A stretch of DNA of 64,000 nt from Truepera sp. (lineage in GTDB: Bacteria; Deinococcota; Deinococci; Deinococcales; Trueperaceae): assembly GCA_965218435.1 (NCBI GenBank), contig CBDCKW010000005.1:96001-160000 (forward strand), in the 5' to 3' direction. Position numbers and translations under genes: made by a program. Positions 22,505 through 32,762 of the stretch are shown piece after piece; within the stretch, counting starts at the first letter, position 1, and each line of letters starts with the position of its first letter. The notes below the pieces were generated by a model that was not told where the DNA came from, made no database searches, and was given only the letters and a program-made list of their open reading frames with translations.

Positions 22505-23338
22505 TCATCGTGCGCCGACACCTACCGTAAGACCCTGGATAAAGTAGCGCTGCAAGAACAAAAAGAGCAGCAGCGTAGGCAAACTGGCGATCAGCGCAGC
22601 GGTAATAATCGTCGGGGCTGAGGTCGCGCCGTAAATCCCCTGCATCCCGACGAGCGTGACCATAATGGGGCGCACCGTATCTGATTTGGTTAAAATCAAC
22701 CCGAAGAGCAGATCGTTCCAAATCCAAGAAAATTGGATCAGTAATAGCAGAATAAGTGGAGCTCTAGCGAGCGGCATCATCAACCGCCAAAAGACGCCCC
22801 AGCTGCTCGCGCCGTCGAGGGTAGCGGCTTCTTGAAGTTCCCAGGGTACGGTCAAGAAAAAGCCGCGCATCACAAAAACACAAAACGGAATACAGATGGC
22901 GATGTAAAAGAGCAGCATCCCGAGCCGCGTGTCGTAGAGCTGCGTGTTGAGATACAGGTTGAAGAGCGGGATCAGGTACATCTGAAAGGGGAATACCGTA
23001 CCGCTATAAAGCAGCAAAAACCAGAAGAGCCCGCGCGGGATTTTAAGCCGCACAATCCCGAAGGCGGCGAGCGCAGCACAAAAAACGGCCCCTACTGCGC
23101 CTAAGACGCCGTAAATCAGGCTGTTGACAAAACCCGGTCCAAGCCCTTTGCCCCACGCATCTTGAATGTTGGTGAGCAGGTTGAAGGTTTGGGGCCAGTT
23201 AAGGCTCGAGCCCAGCGTATAGTCCTGAGCCGTTTTGAAGCTGTTCATGAGCAAGATGCCCAGCGGCAAAATCCATATCAGCGTGATCAGGAGCGCCAGC
23301 CCCCACTGACTCCAGCGCTGCCAAGGGGGTGGGGTCAT
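22505..23338 (-). CDS. carbohydrate ABC permease
   Basis: EAATLDGAS EAA loop. Confidence 0.93.
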   Translation of the reverse strand: MTPPPWQRWSQWGLALLITLIWILPLGILLMNSFKTAQDYTLGSSLNWPQTFNLLTNIQDAWGKGLGPGFVNSLIYGVLGAVGAVFCAALAAFGIVRLKIPRGLFWFLLLYSGTVFPFQMYLIPLFNLYLNTQLYDTRLGMLLFYIAICIPFCVFVMRGFFLTVPWELQEAATLDGASSWGVFWRLMMPLARAPLILLLLIQFSWIWNDLLFGLILTKSDTVRPIMVTLVGMQGIYGATSAPTIITAALIASLPTLLLFLFLQRYFIQGLTVGVGAR

Positions 23339-24261
23339 ACCTGACTCTCCTCGTCTAAGACCGAGCGCAGGTAGAAGTAGGAAAAAGTCAGCGCGATCAG
23401 CGAGATCAGCACGGCAATCGCGGCACTGTAGCCTTGATTAAAGAGGATAAAGCCCTCACGGTACATCGTCACTGCGAGCGTTTCGGAGGAGCGCGCCGGG
23501 CCGCCCTGCGTCATCACCCAGATCAAATCGAAAACCTTAAAGCCGCTGACCGCCGCTAAGAGCGAGGTAATCACGATGTAAGGGAGCAGCATCGGCAGGA
23601 TAATAGACCGGACGAGTCGCCAACCCGAACAGCCGTCGAGCCGCGCGGCCTCGAGCGGTTCGGGGGGTAGACCTTGGAGCCCGACCAAAAATAGCATCAT
23701 ATTAAGCCCGGTTGCTTGCCAGGTATAGGCTGCGATCATAGCGTAGGTGTTGGTCGGGGTGTCGAAAAGCCAGCGGGACGCGAGTTGACCGAGCCCAAGA
23801 CTGCGTAACAGACTGTTGAGGACGCCGTTCGTGGGATCAAATACGAAGATAAACATGATTCCGGCGGCGGCAGCGGCGATGGTCGCGGGCAGATAGAGAC
23901 CAACCTTAAAGAGATTGCCCCCGCGGACGGCGTTAAGGCTGAGCGCGAAGACAAACCCCAACGTGACCGGTAGCAGCACCGAGGCGACTGTCCAGATCAG
24001 GGTATTACGCAGCGAAAGCACGAAGTTGGGATCGTTAAAGAGCCGGGTGTAATTAGCCAGACCGATAAAGGTCGGCTTGACGAGACCGTCGGCGTCGGTC
24101 AAACTTTGCCAGAAGGTAAAGATCATCGGGTAGAGCAAAAAGATAGAGACCAGTGCCGCCGCAGGCAGCACGTAGAGGTAGGGCTCGAGCCGCTTACGCC
24201 AGGGGACGCGGCGGCTTCGCCTCGAGGGATTCGTATATTTTGTGTAGGTAGTTTGGCTCAT
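23335..24261 (-). CDS. carbohydrate ABC permease
   Basis: EAARLDGC, FKVFDLIWVMTQGGP. Confidence 0.93.
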   Translation of the reverse strand: MSQTTYTKYTNPSRRSRRVPWRKRLEPYLYVLPAAALVSIFLLYPMIFTFWQSLTDADGLVKPTFIGLANYTRLFNDPNFVLSLRNTLIWTVASVLLPVTLGFVFALSLNAVRGGNLFKVGLYLPATIAAAAAGIMFIFVFDPTNGVLNSLLRSLGLGQLASRWLFDTPTNTYAMIAAYTWQATGLNMMLFLVGLQGLPPEPLEAARLDGCSGWRLVRSIILPMLLPYIVITSLLAAVSGFKVFDLIWVMTQGGPARSSETLAVTMYREGFILFNQGYSAAIAVLISLIALTFSYFYLRSVLDEESQV

Positions 24262-24303
24262 ATGAAGGGGCGTCCCCAGTTTTCACCAGGGACGTGCGCG
24301 GTC

Positions 24304-25521
24304 TTAGTTGTTCGACCAGTACTGGTCGGCGATGGTTTGCAGGTTTTTCATCACTTCGTCGGCGGGGGCTTGTTGCAACATAAAGCGGGCGAGTTCGTCC
24401 ACGGCAGCTTCAGCAATATCGGGTGGCGTAGCTTCCCAGAAGCGGTTGATCTGCTCATAGTCGCCCTGGTTGACTTCTTCGACGATTCCGGATACGAGCG
24501 GGTTTTTTGAGCTGGTGTCTTTGTTAATGGGCGGGAAGTTCATGTCGTCGACCCAAACCTGCTGTGCGGGCGCGGACATCCAGTAGTCGGCGTCCGTTAA
24601 GGCGTCCTCTTTTTGCCTCGAGTTCTCAGCGAGGAGAATAGGCCCAGCTTCAAAGATCACAGTCTTGGGCATATCGGCTTTTTCGTTGGGCATGATAAAG
24701 AAGCCAAACTGATCGTCGGTAAGTCCAGCTTCGATGATCGTATCGGCGTACCAGCTGCCGGATAAAATCATCGCCAGGTTGCCTTTCGCCAGCTCTGAAC
24801 CCATCGCTGTACCTGCTGTGCCAAACCCCATCGTAGGGTCGCTAAAGTAGCCCTTACTGATCCAGTCCTGCCAGGTCTTAAAGACCGCAGCAACCTCAGG
24901 GTCGGTGTATTTAGCTTCCCCTTCCATCAGACGCTTGTAAAAGTCGGGGTTTTCCCTTACCAGAAACTCCTGGAAGTAGATAAAGGCGGGCCAGCGACCG
25001 TCAACCGACGCGCCGAAGGGGGTGACACCGTTTTCTTTCAAGGTCGCGTTGATCTGCTCTAAATCCTGCCAGGTGGTAGGAACCTCGAGCCCATACTTCT
25101 TAAAGACGGCCTTATTGTAAAAAACGCCCCAGTACGCGAGGTTGCTGGGGATGGCGTACGCCTTACCATCAAAGCTGAACGCGCTAGCTAACGATTCGCT
25201 ATAGGTGCCTGCGTCGACGTACTTTTTCCAGATGTCGCTTACGTCGGCAATGAGCCCAGCGTCTACCAAGTCTTTCATCCGGTAGCCCGACCACCAGGTA
25301 AACATCCCTGGTGCTTGTGGGGTACGCAGGGCGGCTCTGACTGCCGCCTGGTACGAACTGGTATCCGCGTAAGGGACACTTTTAACACCGACCGGGGCGT
25401 CCTTAAAAGCGTCCTCGAAGGAGGGTTGCCAGTTTGCCTTATCGTGAAAAAAATCGATGCTCTGTGCAAAGGTTTGGCCTAGTAAGGCGGCGAGAAGTAA
25501 GAACAGCAGGCTTTTGCGCAT
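24304..25521 (-). CDS. carbohydrate ABC substrate-binding protein
   Basis: signal peptide, FYNKAVF, PTTW. Confidence 0.92.
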   Translation of the reverse strand: MRKSLLFLLLAALLGQTFAQSIDFFHDKANWQPSFEDAFKDAPVGVKSVPYADTSSYQAAVRAALRTPQAPGMFTWWSGYRMKDLVDAGLIADVSDIWKKYVDAGTYSESLASAFSFDGKAYAIPSNLAYWGVFYNKAVFKKYGLEVPTTWQDLEQINATLKENGVTPFGASVDGRWPAFIYFQEFLVRENPDFYKRLMEGEAKYTDPEVAAVFKTWQDWISKGYFSDPTMGFGTAGTAMGSELAKGNLAMILSGSWYADTIIEAGLTDDQFGFFIMPNEKADMPKTVIFEAGPILLAENSRQKEDALTDADYWMSAPAQQVWVDDMNFPPINKDTSSKNPLVSGIVEEVNQGDYEQINRFWEATPPDIAEAAVDELARFMLQQAPADEVMKNLQTIADQYWSNN

Positions 25522-25565
25522 AACAGCTCCTTAGAGGTCTAGATAACGGTGTAGCTAGTGTCTAG

Positions 25566-26306
25566 CTAGTGCTTATTCCTCGAACCTCCTTTCTGTTCTC
25601 GAATACGTTCGACGACTACGGCTTGAACGCCGTTGAGATGTCTGAGCATTAGACTTCGCGCCTGTGCATCGTGCCCCATTTCAATCGCTGCAACGATCTC
25701 CATGTGCTCGTGGTGATCGCGGTAGAGGTCGTTATAGAGGTGCTGTACGATCTGCTGTTCGTTAGCATGAAGCTCGAGCAGCGACGAAACCATCTGACCC
25801 AGTACCGCGTTACCCGACATCTGCGCGATATAGCTATGAAAGGCTTCGTTAGCTTTTAACAGCTGGGTGCTGTCCGGAGCTTCAGCCGCCAGCTGGCGGG
25901 CCGCTTCGCCGACAATCTCGTGCAACCGTGCTACATCTGCTGCAGAGGCGTAAGTTGCGGCCCGGGCGGCAAGTTCAGGCTCTAACATCGTACGTACCTC
26001 GAGCAGATCGAGGATAGTGTAGATGTCGAGCTCACCGTAGTAGCGGTTAGGCATCATGAGCCGGGTATCTGCTTGTCGCACATAGATGCCTGAGCCATGT
26101 TTGATCTCAATAAGCCCGGTGGCTTCAAGGCGGTGCAGTGCTTCACGTAAGGTAGGGATAGCGACGGCAAACTGTCGCGAGAGCTCTTTAACCGACGGTA
26201 GCCTCTCCCCCGCCGCAAGCTTATTGCTGCGAATCAGCTCGATAATGCGCTGCGCCAACGTTTCGGACAGCATAGTTCGAGCAACCGTTGAACTCTGAAG
26301 CTCCAT
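25566..26306 (-). CDS. GntR/FadR-family regulator
   Basis: GERLPS...LREAL...HGSGIYV plus FCD domain. Confidence 0.93.
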   Translation of the reverse strand: MELQSSTVARTMLSETLAQRIIELIRSNKLAAGERLPSVKELSRQFAVAIPTLREALHRLEATGLIEIKHGSGIYVRQADTRLMMPNRYYGELDIYTILDLLEVRTMLEPELAARAATYASAADVARLHEIVGEAARQLAAEAPDSTQLLKANEAFHSYIAQMSGNAVLGQMVSSLLELHANEQQIVQHLYNDLYRDHHEHMEIVAAIEMGHDAQARSLMLRHLNGVQAVVVERIREQKGGSRNKH

Positions 26307-26328
26307 AAACTTTACCCCTTACTAAAAT

Positions 26329-26476
26329 TCATCTGATGATTTGTCGGAAAGTATAGAGTGCTAATTAGCCCATGTCAAGCGGAGCAGACTTGGCTAAAGT
26401 AAAACGTAAAGGACATTTGCTTTATCTGAGGTGCACTAGATATAGGTTTGACAAGGCGGAAAACGCAGACTATACT
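26329..26476. promoter_or_regulatory. back-to-back sigma70 promoters with a FadR-type operator
   Basis: TTGACA-17-TATACT on the minus strand (26378-26350) and on the plus strand (26448-26476); palindrome TCATCTGATGA at 26329-26339. Confidence 0.8.
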
Positions 26477-26670
26477 CGCTCAAAAGTCAGCAAGTCATTA
26501 GATCACTTAAGTGTCGTAGGGTTGGCAAAGGAGACGGATATGATGTTCACTACAATCTTTTTGAACTGTTCTGCGCTCAAAGAGACAGTATTTTTTGGCT
26601 TGCAGCTTAACCTGGTTGTGGTGCCTGCTGAACGGATTAGGACGATCCTAGTGAACGTAGAAGTCAACCT

Positions 26671-29250
26671 GTGATTAAAGAAATTTTGCTAGTTCACCAC
26701 AGCCATACCGACATCGGCTATACCCATCCACAACCGGTCGTTATGGAACTTCAGCGCCGCTTTATTGACACCGCCTTAGATTACCTTGATCTCACCGCCG
26801 AATGGCCCCTCGGTAGCCGCCTGACTTGGACTTGCGAGGTTACGGGCGTTACCTTGGACTGGTGGCAGCAGGCTCCTGAAAAGCAGCAGCAGCGCTTTTT
26901 AGCGGCGGCTGCGCGGGGGCAGCTCGAGGTCGCGGCGCTCCAGTGGAATATGACGCCGCTGATGGATCACCAGATGCTGCTGGGCGGTCTATCACCCATC
27001 GAGTTTTTTCGTTCACTGGGTCTTACGGTACGCGCCGCAATGAACAGTGACGTCAACGGCCTTCCTTGGGGGATGGTTGACGCGCTTCTAGACCACGGCG
27101 TCGAAGGTCTGTCGATGGCGGTCAACGAGCATTTTGGTTACGCGGTGCAGCCCAGACCTCGTGGGTTTTGGTGGGAAAGCCCGAGCGGGCGCAAGCTACT
27201 GGTGTGGAACGGGCTTATCTACGGGGCCAGTGCGGAGCGGGTGCTCAGCATTCCGGTCGACGCGGCGCAAACTGAGGTGTCACTTGCCAAACTCCAGGCG
27301 CTCTTAGACCGCAAAGGCTACCCCCACGACTTTCTGATGGTGCAAGCTACCCACCGCGGCTTTCACGACAACGCGAGTCCCAACCTCGAGTTGGCGCGTT
27401 TTGTCCGTGCCTGGAACGAAAGCGAGCATGAGGTAGCCCTTAAACTCGTGACGCTCTCCGAAGTCTTCGAACGGCTGCGCGCACAACCGCCGGAACAGCT
27501 CGAGACGCTGCGTGGTGATTGGACAGACTGGTGGAACTTTGGTAGCGGTAGTACCGCAGCGGCAACCTCACTTGCGCTCGAAGGTCAGCGGCTACTGCGC
27601 GCCGCCGAGCAGCTCTGCGCTTGGCCGGGAGCCCAGTTACCACGACGTCAAAAAGCACTTTTTAAGCGTGCAAATGAACAGCTTACCCTCTACGCTGAAC
27701 ATACCTGGGGCGCGGACAGATCGGTCTGGAAGCATACATCACCCGAAACGCAGATACAGCAGGGGCTTAAGTTGGCAACAGCTTACGAGGGTTACAGCCT
27801 GGCGCGGATGCTGCAGCGTGACGGGCTCGAGCAGCTAGCCACACGCGATGAGTCTGGGTCTGCTCAGCTTCTTCTCTACAACCCTTTACCCTTTACAGTA
27901 CGGCGCACCGTCCGGCTGCCTGAGCCTGATGAGACGATTGACCAGCTTGCCCGAAAAGACAGCCATCTCGCACAGCGTCAGGATGTGGTTTTAAGCGACC
28001 TAGACGTAGAGGTAACGAACGACTGGCTTCTTAATTCGTCGCAAGCTCGCTACGTCGGACCCGTCGAGCTCCCCGCGCTCGGGTACGTCACACTGCCGCT
28101 GGACGCATTACCTGAGCCCCAGGGAGACGTTTACGTAGATGAAACCAGGATGGGCAACAACCGCCTCGAGGTTCATTTTGACCCTAACCGGGGCGGCATC
28201 AGCTCACTACGCCTAGACGGGGTAGAGTTTGTCAGAGACGCAGTTTGGCAGTTTGGGCAAGCGGTACTCGAAGCTCCCGCCCAAGGTTCTCGGCAGGCGA
28301 TTTTTGGCCCACCAAACTATAGCAGCATAGATGTTCATACAGCTTGGCATACGGACTGGGAGGTGCACCGCGAAGGGCCGACCGAAGTTGAAGCGACCTA
28401 TAGCAAACAAGCAGGTCACGCCGAGTACCGGCAAACCATGCACTTGCCTAACGGCGATCAGGTTACAACGGTCTATCAGCTATTGGCAAATGAAGCCAGT
28501 CTAGGGCTTGACGTGGTTATCGCCAAGCAACCGATTGCTGCGCCTCACGCGCTCTATCTGGCATTTCCTGTCGCGCTCGAGCCGACCGCCCGCTGCACGT
28601 TTGAAACAGCAGGCGCAGTTGTACATGTTGACCAAGAGCAGTTACCTTATAGCTCGAGACATTACGTTACGACACAGCGCTTTATCGCTCTTCAAGACGA
28701 CCTTAGGAGCTTTAGCATCGCTTGCCCCGATACCCCGCTCTGGCAGGTCGGCGGGTTTACCTTCGGGCGTCACCACGACGGTGTGGTCACGCGTGATGGA
28801 GCGACCTTACTGGCGTGGTTGACCAACAACTACTGGGATACCAACTTTCAGGCGGATCAGGGTGGGAGACTGCACTTTCGTTTTCAACTGCTACCGCAGC
28901 AGACTACGAGTCTTGCTGCGATAATTGAAAACACCCTGCCCTACGCCGAGCCGCCACGTGCTCACTACTATTTAGGAACAGTTCAAGAAGCAAAGAGACT
29001 TTTAGACCTAGACCTTGGCGGCGTCCTGCTCACGGGTGTCAAGGTCTCAGAAGAGCATTTGGAAGTATTTTTGCTCAATACGAGTCCACAGGTGAAGAGG
29101 GTATCAATTCGACCGGGTCAGTTGAGCTACCGTGAGGCGACTCGGGTCACTTTGGCTAGTCAACTTATCGAGAGATTAAAAACCGACAGAACTGGAACGA
29201 CGTTGACCATTGCACCTCGCCACTGGCAAGGTGTTCGCTTGCAACTATAA
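26671..29250 (+). CDS. GH38-like glycoside hydrolase
   Basis: HSHTDIGY, DVNG, DN, EHTWG, NNYWDTNF. Confidence 0.85.
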   Translation: MIKEILLVHHSHTDIGYTHPQPVVMELQRRFIDTALDYLDLTAEWPLGSRLTWTCEVTGVTLDWWQQAPEKQQQRFLAAAARGQLEVAALQWNMTPLMDHQMLLGGLSPIEFFRSLGLTVRAAMNSDVNGLPWGMVDALLDHGVEGLSMAVNEHFGYAVQPRPRGFWWESPSGRKLLVWNGLIYGASAERVLSIPVDAAQTEVSLAKLQALLDRKGYPHDFLMVQATHRGFHDNASPNLELARFVRAWNESEHEVALKLVTLSEVFERLRAQPPEQLETLRGDWTDWWNFGSGSTAAATSLALEGQRLLRAAEQLCAWPGAQLPRRQKALFKRANEQLTLYAEHTWGADRSVWKHTSPETQIQQGLKLATAYEGYSLARMLQRDGLEQLATRDESGSAQLLLYNPLPFTVRRTVRLPEPDETIDQLARKDSHLAQRQDVVLSDLDVEVTNDWLLNSSQARYVGPVELPALGYVTLPLDALPEPQGDVYVDETRMGNNRLEVHFDPNRGGISSLRLDGVEFVRDAVWQFGQAVLEAPAQGSRQAIFGPPNYSSIDVHTAWHTDWEVHREGPTEVEATYSKQAGHAEYRQTMHLPNGDQVTTVYQLLANEASLGLDVVIAKQPIAAPHALYLAFPVALEPTARCTFETAGAVVHVDQEQLPYSSRHYVTTQRFIALQDDLRSFSIACPDTPLWQVGGFTFGRHHDGVVTRDGATLLAWLTNNYWDTNFQADQGGRLHFRFQLLPQQTTSLAAIIENTLPYAEPPRAHYYLGTVQEAKRLLDLDLGGVLLTGVKVSEEHLEVFLLNTSPQVKRVSIRPGQLSYREATRVTLASQLIERLKTDRTGTTLTIAPRHWQGVRLQL

Positions 29251-29711
29251 AAATTGTTTTTTAGAAAATGTTTTGAGAATAAGTTTATCTACTGCTCCGA
29301 AGTGTTGGAGTGGTTTGTGCAAGGCGTTTGCTAATAGGGTTACAGTTTGTGAAACATACTCTTACGCCGCACATTACGTGAGCATTTGACTGAGCAAGGA
29401 GGCATGATAGTTTCTACTCTTAAAGCTTAGTACACGACAAGAAATAGTTTTACGAGTCTGGAATGTGTTATTCAACCCTCTAAAAAGTAGCGTTTATATC
29501 CTCCGGGAGTGCTGACTAGGAAGGTGTTTAAGGCGATTTATCTGGTCATGATCATACAGACGAAAACCCTCTTTTCGGGCTTATACAACAAATCACATCC
29601 TGGATAAGGTTTCTAAAGAATTGCCGTATACTCAAGTCAGCCGTATAAAGCCGAGCGCAGAATACCTATTCGGATACCTGCTTCAAGTAAACCTACCCAA
29701 TTAGGTTGGTC

Positions 29712-29739
29712 TGAGCACATCCACTGAACTCGCTCAAAA
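29712..29739. promoter_or_regulatory. candidate DeoR operator TGAGC-N15-GCTCAAAA (site 1)
   Basis: same motif and spacing recur at 31484 and 42030. Confidence 0.7.
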
Positions 29740-29782
29740 TCCCCCCGCAAGTGTGCTCAAATATCGCTACACTGGTACCCAA

Positions 29783-30580
29783 GTGATCGAAACCTCGAGC
29801 AGCCGCGAACGCCAAGGGCAGATTCACGACTTGGTGCTGCACCGTGGTGAACTCAAAGCCGGGGAGATTGCCCAGCTGCTCAGCATCTCACCTGCGACGG
29901 TGCGCCGCGACCTCGCCGCCTTAGAGAGGCGTGGGCTGATTGAACGCACTTGGGGTCGGGCCAGAGTACGCTCGCCGATTCGTTACCTCGAGGATTTCAA
30001 AGCGGTGGCCGGCAAAGAAGCGGCCGCAAAACGGGCGATCGCAGCGGCAGCCAGCAAGCACGTTTGTGAAGGGATGGTGATCGGTCTCTCCGGCGGTACT
30101 ACCTGTACTGAACTCGCCCGCTGGCTCCGCGGCAAACCGGTTACTGTCGTAACGAACGCCATCAACGTAGCAACCGAACTCTACAATCACAGCTTAACCA
30201 AAGTGATCGTAACCGGCGGCGCGCTCAACAGCTACTCGTATGAACTCGTCGGTGAGATGGTCAGCTACACCCTCCAGGAGTACCGGCTCGACCTGGCGTT
30301 TGTCGGCTGTAGCGGCGTCACACCCGACTTCGGCTTTTCGATGCGTGACCACCTTGAGAGTGCCGTTGCCCAGGCCTTTCTAGGCGTGTCGGCGCGCGCG
30401 GTCGTGGTCGCCGACCACAGCAAGGTGGGCCAAAAAACGCTCGCCAAGTTTGCGCCCTTCTCAGCTGCCGAGCGCCTCATTACCGATCAAGGGCTCAGCG
30501 CTGAATGGTTGGCACAGTTAGCGGCGGCGGGCCTGAGCGTTGAGTGTGCCCCGAACCTGCAAATAGGGGACAAACGCTGA
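29783..30580 (+). CDS. DeoR/GlpR-family regulator (AgaR-like)
   Basis: ISPATVRRDL, SGGTT, VVTNA, ADHSK. Confidence 0.92.
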   Translation: MIETSSSRERQGQIHDLVLHRGELKAGEIAQLLSISPATVRRDLAALERRGLIERTWGRARVRSPIRYLEDFKAVAGKEAAAKRAIAAAASKHVCEGMVIGLSGGTTCTELARWLRGKPVTVVTNAINVATELYNHSLTKVIVTGGALNSYSYELVGEMVSYTLQEYRLDLAFVGCSGVTPDFGFSMRDHLESAVAQAFLGVSARAVVVADHSKVGQKTLAKFAPFSAAERLITDQGLSAEWLAQLAAAGLSVECAPNLQIGDKR

Positions 30581-30581
30581 C

Positions 30582-31481
30582 GTGGCTTTCGTAACGCTGA
30601 CGCCTAATTTGGCGCTCGACCGAACCCTCGAGCTCCGAACGCCGCTCACCCCCGGTGAGCTCCACCGCGTCAAGCGCCTGCGCGAAGCCGCCGGGGGCAA
30701 AGGGGTCAACGTCGCTCGAGTCCTCCAAATTTTAGGTGCTGAAGTGACCGTCACCGGGTTTTTAGGCGGTTTTAACGGGCAGAAGTTTCACGCTTTGCTC
30801 GCCGAAGAGGGGTTGCCCGGTGTTTTTGAAGAGGTGTCCGGCGAAACGCGCGAATGTCACATCGTCTTAGACGGGCGTTCACATCCGACCGAAATCTATG
30901 AAGGTGGTCCCACCGTCACAGCGGACGACTGGCGCAGGTTGACGGCACAGTTATCAGAGCAATTGCCGAAGGGACAGGTGATCGTTTCAGGGAGTTTGCC
31001 CCGTGGTCTTTCTCCCGAAGCGTTCCGGGCACTTTTGCAAGAATTGCCCCGTAAACCGGTGGTGGACTCGAGCGGGGCGGCGCTCCGGGCGGCTTTAGAG
31101 GCGGGCGTCGCCCTCGTCAAACCCAACCGTCACGAACTCGCCGAGCTTCTACCGGTTCAGAGCGACGGTGTGGCTGAAGCGAAGAGGCTTTTTGAACGTT
31201 ACGGCGTGCCCATTCTGCTCAGTTTAGGCGCACAGGGCGCGGCGTATATCGCCGAGCAAACGCTGCAAGCTCCAGCTCCCAAAGTCGAGGTGGTCAACCC
31301 GGTCGCGTCGGGTGATTGTCTGCTGGCGGCGTTTGTCTGGGCACGTTCCGAGGGGTGGAGCCTCGAAGGTGCGCTACGTTTAGGCGTTTCTGCAGGCGCA
31401 GAAAATGCAGCGCAAGGGGGCGGCGCAGCTGTGACGCGTGCCGGTGTCATGATGAGGTTTGCCGCCCAACCATCCGCATAA
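30582..31481 (+). CDS. 1-phosphofructokinase/tagatose-6-phosphate kinase family
   Basis: TPNLALD, AGGKGVNVA, KPNRHE, ASGD. Confidence 0.88.
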   Translation: MAFVTLTPNLALDRTLELRTPLTPGELHRVKRLREAAGGKGVNVARVLQILGAEVTVTGFLGGFNGQKFHALLAEEGLPGVFEEVSGETRECHIVLDGRSHPTEIYEGGPTVTADDWRRLTAQLSEQLPKGQVIVSGSLPRGLSPEAFRALLQELPRKPVVDSSGAALRAALEAGVALVKPNRHELAELLPVQSDGVAEAKRLFERYGVPILLSLGAQGAAYIAEQTLQAPAPKVEVVNPVASGDCLLAAFVWARSEGWSLEGALRLGVSAGAENAAQGGGAAVTRAGVMMRFAAQPSA

Positions 31482-31483
31482 AT

Positions 31484-31511
31484 TGAGCATTTTGCTCCCT
31501 TTCGCTCAAAA
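31484..31511. promoter_or_regulatory. candidate DeoR operator (site 2)
   Basis: TGAGC-N15-GCTCAAAA. Confidence 0.7.
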
Positions 31512-31688
31512 GCCTCTTGCTCTCGTTCGGGTTCCGCTTTTAGGATAATAGGAGCAAGCTAAATCGTTCTCTGTGCTACGTTTTTTATCTAGCAGTACCG
31601 GTGTTTTTTGGACACCACTTTTGGTCACTGTAGTTTAGAGACTCTCAAACGCCTCGAGGCGACCTGTTGGTGAAAGGAAAGTCTAGTT

Positions 31689-32762
31689 GTGGCAGAAGAC
31701 ATTCGTTTAGGCGATTTTAAGCCGAAACCTAAGTTGGTCGTTAAGGAGACGCAGCTGGACGCGCCGCGCTTTCCGGTATTTGACGCTCATATCCATCTGG
31801 GGCCGCCCTTCGGGGGCAGCTGGGCCGATCAGCCGGTGGAAAATCTGCTGGAGTCTCTTGATGAGGCCCACGTCACCACCGTGGTGGACTTAGACGGCGG
31901 TTGGGGTGAGGACGTTTTAGACCGGCACTTGGCGCATTTCAAAGAGCACGTACCCGAACGCTTTGTTCATTTCGGCGGCGTGGACTGGTCGCGCTGGTCT
32001 GAGCATGGCGACGCCTTCGGCGAGTGGGCCGCAGCACGCTTTCGCGCTCAGGTAGCGCGGGGCGCAGGTGGACTCAAAATCTGGAAACCCTTCGGGCTGC
32101 ATGTCAAAGACCAGCACGATAAACTCGTCGCCGTAGATGACGAACGCTTGGGGCCGTTATGGGAAACCGTCGGTGAGCTGAACGTTCCGGTCATCATCCA
32201 CGTCGCCGACCCCGCCGCTTTTTTTGACCCGTTAGACGCGCACAATGAACGCTGGGAAGAGCTGCACACCCAACCCGACTGGCAGTTTACGAGTCCGCCG
32301 TATCCAAGCTTTATGACGATCATGGAAGACTTTGCCAAGCTGGTGCGGCAGCACCCAAACACCACCTTTATCGGCGCGCATGTGGGGTGTTACGCCGAAA
32401 ATCTGGGCTGGGTCGGGGCGCTATTAGATGAATGTCCGAACTTCTACGTTGATATCAGCGCCCGCCTAGGTGAGTTGGGGCGGCAGCCTTACTCGGCGCG
32501 GCGCTTTTTTATCCGCTACCAAGACCGCATCTTGTTCGGCACCGACGCCGACGCCGAACCTGAAACCTACCGGCACTACTACCGGCTGCTCGAGACCGAC
32601 GACGAATACGTCAACTACAACTTGAGCGAGGTGCCGCAGCAGGGCCGTTGGTACGCTTATGGGCTTTATCTGCCGGACGAGGTACTCAGAAAGGTCTATC
32701 ACCAGAACGCCGAGCGCGTCATTTTGCGTTCGCAGACGCACGTATTAGAGGAGCAGCGATGA
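31689..32762 (+). CDS. amidohydrolase family 2 protein
   Basis: DAHIH, GLKI, HVADP, GAH, FGTD. Confidence 0.9.
   Translation: MAEDIRLGDFKPKPKLVVKETQLDAPRFPVFDAHIHLGPPFGGSWADQPVENLLESLDEAHVTTVVDLDGGWGEDVLDRHLAHFKEHVPERFVHFGGVDWSRWSEHGDAFGEWAAARFRAQVARGAGGLKIWKPFGLHVKDQHDKLVAVDDERLGPLWETVGELNVPVIIHVADPAAFFDPLDAHNERWEELHTQPDWQFTSPPYPSFMTIMEDFAKLVRQHPNTTFIGAHVGCYAENLGWVGALLDECPNFYVDISARLGELGRQPYSARRFFIRYQDRILFGTDADAEPETYRHYYRLLETDDEYVNYNLSEVPQQGRWYAYGLYLPDEVLRKVYHQNAERVILRSQTHVLEEQR

Noticed and set aside
22483..22508. Tandem TGTCTAGTCAT duplication
   Set aside because: Short intergenic slippage with no further copies
29251..29700. AT-rich intergenic region as an origin or ncRNA
   Set aside because: No iterons, DnaA-box cluster or clear stable structure seen
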